Assembly: GCA_937871915.1 (NCBI GenBank)
Contig: CALMPG010000048.1
Span: 5,421-69,420 of the forward strand
Direction of reading: 5' to 3'
DNA length: 64,000 nucleotides
Origin: an uncultured Phycisphaerales bacterium
GTDB taxonomy: Bacteria > Planctomycetota > Phycisphaerae > Phycisphaerales > UBA1924
Numbering within the stretch: position 1 is the stretch's first letter; every line of letters starts with the position of its first letter. This document shows, piece after piece, positions 54,638-64,000 of this stretch. The notes beneath the pieces were generated by a model that worked only from the letters and a program-made list of their open reading frames with translations, was not told the origin of the DNA and did no database searches. The position numbers and the translations under genes were made by a program.

Positions 54638-54813
54638 GATCTGGATTCCCGAGAGCGGTTTTCGGAACAGAAGGGCGTTCCCGCGAGCCATCGGAGGTCG
54701 AGAGTGCGACCGGCCGTGCCCCTTGGGGTGCATGGTAGGGTGGGAAACGCGCTGCTTCCCCCGGTTTGGGCCGTGGGCGGGCCGGGCCTCGATTGGCGCG
54801 CCCCGGAGCGTGC

Positions 54814-56445
54814 TCAGACCTTGGGCCCCGCGCCGCGGACAGCCGCGGGCATCTCGAACTTCTGGTCGTTGGCACGGAACCTGGCGGCGAGCTCCTTGGC
54901 CTTGGCGTCGTAGGCCGCGCCGTCCTTCCAGGTGTTGCGCGGGTTGAGAACCTCGCTCGGGACCCCCGCCACCTCGGAGGGGATCGGGAGGCCGAAGACG
55001 GGGTCGGGGGTGAACCTGGCGCCGCGCAGGGTGCCGTTGAGAATGGCGTTGACGAACGCGCGGGTGTAGGCGAGCTTGAAGCGGCTGCCGACGCCGTAGG
55101 GGCCGCCGGTCCAGCCGGTGTTGAGCAGCCAGACGTCGGCGTTGTGCTCGGCGACCTTGGCCGCGAGCATCTCGGCGTAGACCTTGGGCGGGCGGGGGAG
55201 GAAGGGGGAGCCGAAGCAGGCCGAGAAGTTGGGCTGGGGCTCGGTGACGCCCAGCTCGGTGCCGGCGAGCTTGGCGGTGTAGCCGTTGATGAAGTAGTAC
55301 ATGGCCTGCTCGCGGCTGAGCTTGCTCACCGGGGGCATGACGCCGTAGGCGTCCGAGGTGAGGAAGATGACGTTCCTGGGGTGGCCCGCGATGGAGGGGA
55401 TGATGGCGTCGGGGATGAAGTCGATCGGGTAGGTGGCGCGGGTGTTCTCGGTGTACTTGGTGGAGTCGTAGTCGGGGATCCGGGTGACGGGGTCGATGTC
55501 GAGGTTCTCGAGCACGGATCCGAACCTCACGGCGTTCCAGATCTGCGGCTCGCCCTCCTTGGAGAGCTTGATGCACTTGGCGTAGCACCCGCCCTCGAAG
55601 TTGAAGACGCCCCGGTCGGACCAGCCGTGCTCGTCGTCGCCGATGAGGGCGCGGTTGGGGTCGGCCGAGAGCGTCGTCTTGCCCGTTCCGGAGAGGCCGA
55701 AGAACAGGGCGACGTTGGCGGGGTCCTTCTTGTCCACGTTGGCCGAGCAGTGCATGGGGAAGACGCCGGCCTCGGGCATGTCGAAGTTCATGGCGTAGAA
55801 GAGGCTCTTCTTCATCTCGCCGGCATACTCGGAGCCGACGATGACGACCATCTTGCGCGTGAGCGACTGGGCGATCATGACGGGGCTCTTGACGCCCAGC
55901 CCGGCCTGCTCGTCGGCCGTGAGGCGGCGCTTGCCGGCGTTGATGATGGTCCAGCCGCCCTCGGCCTTCCAGACCGGGCTCTTGCCCGCGGCGGGTGAGT
56001 CGGTGGGGATGAAGAGCGTGCGGATGAACAGGGCGTGCCAGGCCTGCTCGGAAATGACGCGGGCGCACAGGCGGTGGGACGGGTCGGCCCCGACGAAGCC
56101 CTCGAACACGAACAGATCCTTGAGCGAGTTCATGTGCTCGGTGGCGATGCCCAGGAGCACGTCGAAGTTGGCGGGGGTGATCGGGGTGTTGAAGCCGCCC
56201 CAGCCGATCTTGTCGTGGATCGGCGCGGTGTCTTCGAGGTACTTGTCCTTGGGGGAGCGCCCGGTGCGGTCGCCGGTGAGGCAGACCAGGCCGCCGTTGG
56301 AGGCCAGCACGCCCTCGCCGCGAGCCAGCGCGAGTTCCACCAGGCGGGCCGGAGCGACGTTCCGGTGGACTCGATCACCGGTCAGATTGATCTTGTGACC
56401 GGCGGCGGCGGTGGGGGTGGTGGTGGGTTTGGCGAGGGTGGGCAT
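54814..56445 (-). CDS. pckA: Phosphoenolpyruvate carboxykinase (ATP)
   Basis: 'TGRSPKDKY', 'FFGLSGTGKTTLSADPNRALIGDDEHGW', 'NFEGGCYAKCI'. The start is taken at ATG 56445. Confidence 0.9.
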   Translation of the reverse strand: MPTLAKPTTTPTAAAGHKINLTGDRVHRNVAPARLVELALARGEGVLASNGGLVCLTGDRTGRSPKDKYLEDTAPIHDKIGWGGFNTPITPANFDVLLGIATEHMNSLKDLFVFEGFVGADPSHRLCARVISEQAWHALFIRTLFIPTDSPAAGKSPVWKAEGGWTIINAGKRRLTADEQAGLGVKSPVMIAQSLTRKMVVIVGSEYAGEMKKSLFYAMNFDMPEAGVFPMHCSANVDKKDPANVALFFGLSGTGKTTLSADPNRALIGDDEHGWSDRGVFNFEGGCYAKCIKLSKEGEPQIWNAVRFGSVLENLDIDPVTRIPDYDSTKYTENTRATYPIDFIPDAIIPSIAGHPRNVIFLTSDAYGVMPPVSKLSREQAMYYFINGYTAKLAGTELGVTEPQPNFSACFGSPFLPRPPKVYAEMLAAKVAEHNADVWLLNTGWTGGPYGVGSRFKLAYTRAFVNAILNGTLRGARFTPDPVFGLPIPSEVAGVPSEVLNPRNTWKDGAAYDAKAKELAARFRANDQKFEMPAAVRGAGPKV

Positions 56446-56712
56446 GGGTGGGCTCCGGGGACGATCGAGCGGTCGGCGCGGGCGGAAAGCCCGCGGGAAC
56501 TCGATTCGGGAAGGGTAACCTAAGTCGCGGCCCGAACCGAGGGCAATGTGCATGGTACAGTCCCGGTACTCCCCCGGGCTTGGGGGGCCGAAGCACTCAT
56601 CCCAAAAGGGGACGGCCAAATGTCGGTGTTCGGGTTGCGGACTGTCACCGGAGGAGCGCGTACCCTTCACCCCTGCCCGCACGGACCCCCCAAGCCCGTT
56701 GCCGGGCGCGAT

Positions 56713-56787
56713 GGTGGCTGTAGCTCAGTTGGTTAGAGCACGAGATTGTGATTCTCGGGGTCGCGGGTTCGAGTCCCGTCAGCCACC
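56713..56787 (+). tRNA. tRNA-His (anticodon GTG) with genome-encoded G-1; CCA is not encoded
   Basis: Cloverleaf folded by hand. Acceptor GTGGCTG/CAGCCAC with G-1 opposite C73. D arm GCTC..GAGC. Anticodon stem CGAGA/TCTCG with loop TTGTGAT. T arm GCGGG-TTCGAGT-CCCGT. A T5 run follows. Confidence 0.9.
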
Positions 56788-58080
56788 CTTTTTAGTCGCG
56801 CACGCGCCCTGTTGGCCGGCGCCGCTGTTGGCCTTGGCCACGGCCGCCCACCTGGCGCACGCATCGACCAGCCCCTCCCGATCGATGGGTTTGGTGAGGA
56901 AATCGTTGCACCCGGCGTTCATGCACCCGACGCGATCGCCGTCCATGGCGTGGGCGGTGAGCGCGACGATCGGCCCGCACCAGCCCGCCGCGCGAAGGCG
57001 CCGCGTCGCCTCGTATCCGTCCATCTCGGGCATCTGCATGTCCATGAGGATCAGGTCGATGGGCGGGGCCGCGGCGTCGAGGACGCGGGCAAGCCCAACG
57101 GCCCCGTTCTCGGCGAGCTCGACCGCCGCGCCGGCCTTGCGAAGGTGGTGCGAGATGAGTCGCTGGTTGTCGGGACCGTCCTCCACGACGAGCACGCGCG
57201 TGCCGGCGAGGCCGGCGGTCCGGCCGGGGGGCGCGGCATGGCCCCGGGGCACGACGAGCTCGTCGGCGTGCTCGGAGAATCCGGCGACGACATCGGCGGC
57301 GAGAGTGACGGTGAAGACCGACCCCTGGCCGTGCTCGGAGGCGACGGTGATGTCGCCGCCGAGCATCCCGGCGATTTGCCTGGAAATGGACAGACCCAGG
57401 CCGGTTCCGCCGAACCGGCGGCTCGTGGAAGCATCGGCCTGAGCGAAGGCCTGAAAGAGGCGGGGGATCTCCTCGGGGCGCAGTCCGATGCCGGTGTCGA
57501 TCACGTCGAAGCAGAGGATGGGGGTGGGGGTGGGTTGGAACGAGGCCCGCATGGTCACCCCGCCGCGCTGGGTGAACTTGATCGCGTTGCCGGTGATGTT
57601 GAGAAGGATCTGCCGGAGGCGGGTCGGATCGGTCCGGACGCGGGCGGGGAGCGAGCCGACGACCTCGGCGCGGAGGGTGATGCCCTTGGCGGCGGCCCGG
57701 ACGCTCATGAGCGAGCAGACCTCCTCGAGCACCCGGCGCGGGCAGGTGGGGAGAGCCTCGATGGTCATGCGGCCGGCCTCGATCTTGGACAGGTCCAGGA
57801 CGCCGTTGATGATCGAGAGCAGGTGCTCGCCGTTGCGCCGGATGGTGAGCGCGTGCTCGCGCCGCTCGCGTTCGGTGAGGGCGGGATCGAGCAGGAGATC
57901 GGCGTACCCGAGGATCGCCGTCAGCGGCGTGCGGATCTCGTGGCTCATGCTGGCGAGGAACTCGCTCTTGGCGTGGCTGGCCCGCTCGGCCTGCGCGGCC
58001 AGACGGCGGGCGACCTCGAGCGCACCCGGGGTCGATGATGCGGATTCCGGCGGGGCGCTCATGCGAGGGTTATCGATCAA
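56779..58080 (-). CDS. Soluble hybrid histidine kinase (HisKA, HATPase_c, receiver) with no recognisable sensor domain
   Basis: H-box 'FLASMSHEIRTPLTAILGYADLL' sits about 50 aa from the N-terminus. 'GTGLGLSISRQIAGMLGG'. Receiver 'RVLVVEDGPDNQ...LILMDMQMPEMDGYEATRRLR'. The last 3 codons overlap the 3' end of the tRNA on the opposite strand. Confidence 0.85.
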   Translation of the reverse strand: MIDNPRMSAPPESASSTPGALEVARRLAAQAERASHAKSEFLASMSHEIRTPLTAILGYADLLLDPALTERERREHALTIRRNGEHLLSIINGVLDLSKIEAGRMTIEALPTCPRRVLEEVCSLMSVRAAAKGITLRAEVVGSLPARVRTDPTRLRQILLNITGNAIKFTQRGGVTMRASFQPTPTPILCFDVIDTGIGLRPEEIPRLFQAFAQADASTSRRFGGTGLGLSISRQIAGMLGGDITVASEHGQGSVFTVTLAADVVAGFSEHADELVVPRGHAAPPGRTAGLAGTRVLVVEDGPDNQRLISHHLRKAGAAVELAENGAVGLARVLDAAAPPIDLILMDMQMPEMDGYEATRRLRAAGWCGPIVALTAHAMDGDRVGCMNAGCNDFLTKPIDREGLVDACARWAAVAKANSGAGQQGACATKKGG

Positions 58081-58166
58081 GGGCCGGCGCGACTGAACCG
58101 GAACTCAACCGAACTGCAAGAGCCGATCGGGGTGTGGGCCGCCACGGGCCCGCCGCGACCACGTTA

Positions 58167-58910
58167 TCAGCGCGTCGCGGGTTTGACGAGCACGCAGGCG
58201 TGCGGCGGCTTGTCGGAGCACATCTTGCGCTCGTAGTTGGTGCCCACGGTCTCGCCCTCGTCGGCCCAGGTGGGGGCGACGAAAGGGCGGCGCTCGAATG
58301 GCCGGGGCGGCAGCCGGAACCTCGCACGGATCGGATCCGGGATCGCTCCGTCGGCGACCGTCCATCGGTCGAAGTGCTCGACGTCCCACGCCCACAGGTC
58401 GTCGTGGTCGGTCACGATCCGCAGTTCGCCCCCGGCAAGGAGGACGCGCCACGCGTCGGCGAGGAAGGCGTCCTGGATCACGCGGTTCTTGTGGTGCTTG
58501 GCCTTGGGCCACGGATCGGAGAAGTACAGGTGGATGACCCCCACCACCGAATCCGGGCAGCGCCAGCGGAGAAACTCCGAGGCGTCGGTGTGGAGCACGC
58601 GGACATTGGGGAGAACGCGCCGTCGCACCCGATCGGCGGTGTAAAGGTAGAACTCACGGGCGTACTCGAGGCCGAGGAAGTTCACGCCCGGGTTGGCCGC
58701 GCCTTCCTGGAGGATGAACCCGCCCTTGCCGCACCCGATCTCGATCTCGAAGGGGCGTGCGGGGTCGGCGAACCATCGGCGCGGGTCGATGCGCCCGGCG
58801 TGCGGGTCGGTCATGATGGCGTCGGGAAGCGGCGGGAGGTCGGTCGCGGAGACTCCCACCGTTCCGGGTGCATCGTCGAGTTGGCGGCCGCGGCCCAGGC
58901 CAAAGGACAT
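58167..58910 (-). CDS. trmB: tRNA (guanine46-N7)-methyltransferase
   Basis: 'EIEIGCGKGGFILQ', 'NFLGLEY', 'IHLYFSDPWPKAKHHKNRV', 'GGELRIVTDH'. The start is ATG 58910 or ATG 58814. The ORF-track start at 59291 is unlikely. Confidence 0.75.
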   Translation of the reverse strand: MSFGLGRGRQLDDAPGTVGVSATDLPPLPDAIMTDPHAGRIDPRRWFADPARPFEIEIGCGKGGFILQEGAANPGVNFLGLEYAREFYLYTADRVRRRVLPNVRVLHTDASEFLRWRCPDSVVGVIHLYFSDPWPKAKHHKNRVIQDAFLADAWRVLLAGGELRIVTDHDDLWAWDVEHFDRWTVADGAIPDPIRARFRLPPRPFERRPFVAPTWADEGETVGTNYERKMCSDKPPHACVLVKPATR

Positions 58911-59124
58911 GCGGACAGCGTAGCCGCGGGGGGAGTGGAGTCGGCGACCGATATCTTCCGATCCGAGGAGGGGGAAGCCGCGTATGAAAGACTGGGCCGA
59001 CACATCGGGTTGATCCCCGGCCCCGGGGAGGCCGATACATTCCTCCAGCCTCGGCGGTGAAACCGGCGCAAGCCCTTGCCGCTCTTGTGATGATCCACCG
59101 TGCCGGCCCGCGGGGGCCTTCGCC

Positions 59125-61296
<2,172 letters not shown>

Positions 61297-61315
61297 GGCC
61301 CGCCTCCGGCCAGGG

Positions 61316-63757
61316 GTGGGCCCGGCGCGGCGCCCGGGCATGGGCCCGCCCGCCGGGGGGCCTGCGCGGCCGGCCCGGCGGCCTGCCATGGAATCTGGTA
61401 TGCTCACCCGCACACGAGGCCCCCCGGCCGCGCCGGCGGCCAGACGCCCCGTGGGGAGCGCGCCCGTGGCTGCCGAACCCGCCAGGCCGGATGCATCGCC
61501 GAGCGAAGCGCCGACAGTGTCGCGCCCGTCGCCGGTCGGGCGGCCCGCCTCGGCGACGCCGCCGGCGACCATCGGGCCGTACGTCGTGAAGGGCCTGCTG
61601 GCCTCGGGCGGCATGGGGGATGTGTACGAGTGCCGCGACGAGCGGCTGTCGCGGTCGGTGGCGGTGAAGGTGGCGCATCCGGGGCTGGCCGCCGACGGCG
61701 CGCTGATGGCGATGATCCGCGACGAGGGGCGCCGGCTGGCGAGCGTGAAGCGCACCGCGCTCATCGCGCGGGTGCTCGCCGCCGGTGACGCGACCATCGG
61801 CGGGGTGAGCGTTCCGTACGTCGCGATGGAGTTCGAGGAGAACGCGGAGATGCTCGGGGGGCCGGTCTCCAACGCGTGGCCCATCGAGAAGAAGGTCGAG
61901 GTGTTCGCGCTGGTCTGCCGGGCCGTGGAGGCGCTCCACGAGCAGCACCTGGTGCACGCCGACATCAAGCCCTCGAACATCCTCATCGTCGGCGACGAGC
62001 CCCGCCTGATCGACTTCGGCATCGCGCGCGTGGTGCGTCGCCTCGGCGGCGAGCCGGGACAGGTGCTCGCGGGAACGCCCGGGTACCTGGACCCCTCTCT
62101 CGCGTCCGGAGGGGGGCGCCTGCCCGATCAGTTGTCGGATGAGTACGCCCTCGGGGTGACGCTGGCGGCGTTCCTGACCGGGCGCTCGCCGGGGGAGTTC
62201 GGCGCCAGCTCGTGCTGGCCGACGCGCTCGCACCCGGCCAGCCGGGAGTGCCCGGCGATCGACGCGGAGCTCGACGGCATCATCCTTCGTGCCGCCGAGC
62301 CCGATCGGGATCGGCGCTTCAAGAGCGTGGCGGGGCTGCGCGAGAGGTTGGAGGGGTGGAGCCGGGCCCACACCTCGCCGGCCGCCCGGGTCGTGCGCGT
62401 GCTGGGCCGGGCCCGCGCGGCGATCGGGCGCGGCGCGCTGCGCCGGCCCGTGGCGTTCGTGCTGGGAGCCGGAACGCTGGCCGCGGCGGGGGCGCTGACG
62501 CTCTCGCCGGTGCTGTTCGGGTGGACGGGGATCGCGCGCGCGACCCAGCCGCTCGAGGCCGGGGCGGTCGCGCCCGCCCCGTGTCCGCGGGACGTTCGCC
62601 TGATCGAGATGCGCGACGCGCCGGCGTGCGTGGCGGCGATGGGCCCGGCGGGCGCACGGATCCCGCTCGGCCAGGCGGGGGCCGAGCGGCTGGTGTGGGC
62701 GGGCCTGGCGCGCAAGATCGCCGCGGCGGGTGGCGCACGCGCCGTCGGGCTGGACCTGATATTCCGCGGCGAGGCGACGCCCCACGACTCGGCGCTCCGG
62801 GAGGCTCTCGGGGAGCTCGCCAACGCGACGGAGGCGCGGGGGGTGCTCGTCGGGCTCGAGCGTTGGGACGACCGGCCCTACGCGTCGATCGCCCCGGCTC
62901 CGCCCATCTCCTCGGCGTGCGTGGTCATCAATCCGGCGGAGCCCGGGCTCCCGCCGACGCTGCAACTGGCCGTCTCCCACCAGGGGCGGGCGACGCTCGA
63001 GCCCTCGTTTGCGCTGGTGCTGGCCGCCATGACCCTGCAACCCGGCGCGGACTTCCGCGTGGACATCGACGCGGAGCGCCGGGCGGTGCGGGTGACCTTC
63101 GAGCGCGCGGGGCGGGCGGGGGCCCGCGAGGAGTTCTCCGGTCGCCTCGTCCTCGAAGGGTTGTCCGTCGATCCCCCCAACGACCGCGAGCAGAGCCGCA
63201 ACGGCCTGGCGGCGAGCGATCGGGTGGTTCGGTTTCCCGCGGCGCTGGCGACGGACGCGGACCTCGCGGCCGTCTCGAAGGACGCCGCGGAGGTGCTCTC
63301 GATGAACGAGGAGAACCTGCGCGGGTGGATCCTCGGTCGGACGCTGGTCCTGTGCGACGCCCGGGATGGGCGGGACACGCCCTTTCGCGGCCCGCAGGGG
63401 TTGCGTCCGGGGGCGAAGTTCCAGGCGTGCGCCGTCGAGTCGCTCATCGGGCGCGAGTATCTCCGGCAGCCCTCGTGGTCGCAGGCGGGGCTGCTCACGT
63501 GGGCGGCGGCGGTCGGGTCGGCGTGGGCCGGGTGGATTCTCGGGGGGGCGATGGGGATGCGCAATCGCTTGGCGGGCCTGGGATTTACGTTCCTTGCCGG
63601 GGTGCTGGCGGCCGGGATTTTCACGGGATTGGCCTTGTGGGCGGGCACGGCGAGCGGGTATCTTGTCAATCCGATGGTCGTGGCGGTCGGGGCGTTGGGC
63701 GCGTGCGTGCTGGCGGCGGGCGCGCGGAGCGGGGCCTTGGCCTCCGAGGCCGCGTGA
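61316..63757 (+). CDS. Hanks-type Ser/Thr protein kinase fused to a CHASE2-like extracytoplasmic domain with three C-terminal TM helices
   Basis: 'GGMGDVYECRD...VAVKV', 'HADIKPSNILI', 'DFGIARV', 'GTPGYLDPS'. A TM helix is followed by a ~330-aa domain containing 'AVGLDLIFRGEATPHDSALREAL', then 3 TM helices. The start is GTG 61316, ATG 61340 or ATG 61388. Confidence 0.78.
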   Translation: MGPARRPGMGPPAGGPARPARRPAMESGMLTRTRGPPAAPAARRPVGSAPVAAEPARPDASPSEAPTVSRPSPVGRPASATPPATIGPYVVKGLLASGGMGDVYECRDERLSRSVAVKVAHPGLAADGALMAMIRDEGRRLASVKRTALIARVLAAGDATIGGVSVPYVAMEFEENAEMLGGPVSNAWPIEKKVEVFALVCRAVEALHEQHLVHADIKPSNILIVGDEPRLIDFGIARVVRRLGGEPGQVLAGTPGYLDPSLASGGGRLPDQLSDEYALGVTLAAFLTGRSPGEFGASSCWPTRSHPASRECPAIDAELDGIILRAAEPDRDRRFKSVAGLRERLEGWSRAHTSPAARVVRVLGRARAAIGRGALRRPVAFVLGAGTLAAAGALTLSPVLFGWTGIARATQPLEAGAVAPAPCPRDVRLIEMRDAPACVAAMGPAGARIPLGQAGAERLVWAGLARKIAAAGGARAVGLDLIFRGEATPHDSALREALGELANATEARGVLVGLERWDDRPYASIAPAPPISSACVVINPAEPGLPPTLQLAVSHQGRATLEPSFALVLAAMTLQPGADFRVDIDAERRAVRVTFERAGRAGAREEFSGRLVLEGLSVDPPNDREQSRNGLAASDRVVRFPAALATDADLAAVSKDAAEVLSMNEENLRGWILGRTLVLCDARDGRDTPFRGPQGLRPGAKFQACAVESLIGREYLRQPSWSQAGLLTWAAAVGSAWAGWILGGAMGMRNRLAGLGFTFLAGVLAAGIFTGLALWAGTASGYLVNPMVVAVGALGACVLAAGARSGALASEAA

Positions 63758-63783
63758 GCCGCGGATGCTCGTGGAGAATCGGC

Positions 63784-64000
63784 ATGTTGACTCGAACCGT
63801 GGGCTCGATATGCGTCGGAGTGGTCCTGTGCGGGTGCGCGTCCGCGCCCCGATGGTCGGGGTACACGGTGGAGGCGCCGGACCGGCGCGAGCCGGCGAGG
63901 CCCGACCAGGAGAAGGCGGGATCGGCGTTCGCGCTGGCGCGGCCGGGGCGCCCCGGTTTGGCGACGGCGGGTTGGGCGTCGAGCGGGGACGACTGCACGA
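63784..64000 (+). CDS. Putative lipoprotein, 3' end outside the window
   Basis: ATG 63784 gives 'MLTRTVGSICVGVVLCGCASAPRW...' with an LCGC lipobox-like motif. The frame is open to the window edge. The call is weak because the fragment is short. Confidence 0.35.
   Translation, partial: MLTRTVGSICVGVVLCGCASAPRWSGYTVEAPDRREPARPDQEKAGSAFALARPGRPGLATAGWASSGDDCT

Overview
This is a very GC-rich bacterial chromosomal window. Third codon positions are almost always G/C, so every real gene is shadowed by long spurious antisense or alternate-frame ORFs.

The gene content points to Planctomycetota, probably a Phycisphaerae-like organism. Supporting signs are a DUF1559/prepilin-type '[10 protein letters not shown]' protein, two secreted hydrolases ending in tandem 'DIFDFLNAWFAG' dockerin-like modules, and a 3195-aa giant protein with an N-terminal 'LEQLEARQLLF' motif.

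I call about 47 protein genes and one tRNA-His(GTG).
- Housekeeping genes: argS, ispF, thrC, pheA, pckA, trmB, rluB, nuoB, mgtE, hpf/ptsN/HPr, a PhoH family gene with a PgpH-like HD gene, and a Dus-family gene.
- Signalling genes: a PhoR/PhoB-like pair, a minimal hybrid histidine kinase, and PrkA followed by a Hanks kinase with a CHASE2-like domain.
- Other genes: a VapBC-like toxin-antitoxin pair, and two entericidin-like mini-lipoprotein genes that fall below the ORF-track length cutoff.

I saw no rRNA, CRISPR array, transposase, integrase or phage genes.

The items most worth a second look are:
1. The dockerin-like C-terminal anchor shared by a metzincin/Ig-repeat protein and an M1 peptidase. 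No partner is recognisable.
2. The stand-alone, apparently cysteine-free giant protein gene.
3. A family of 34-bp tandem intergenic repeats with a GGGTACCC core at three loci, one of them inside a two-component operon.
4. An in-frame ~240-bp insertion carrying an 80-bp palindrome inside the dihydrouridine synthase gene.
5. A convergent intergenic region with duplicated terminator modules and G10-G12 homopolymer runs.

All family assignments rest on motifs I recognise by eye. No searches were run, and most start codons are provisional.
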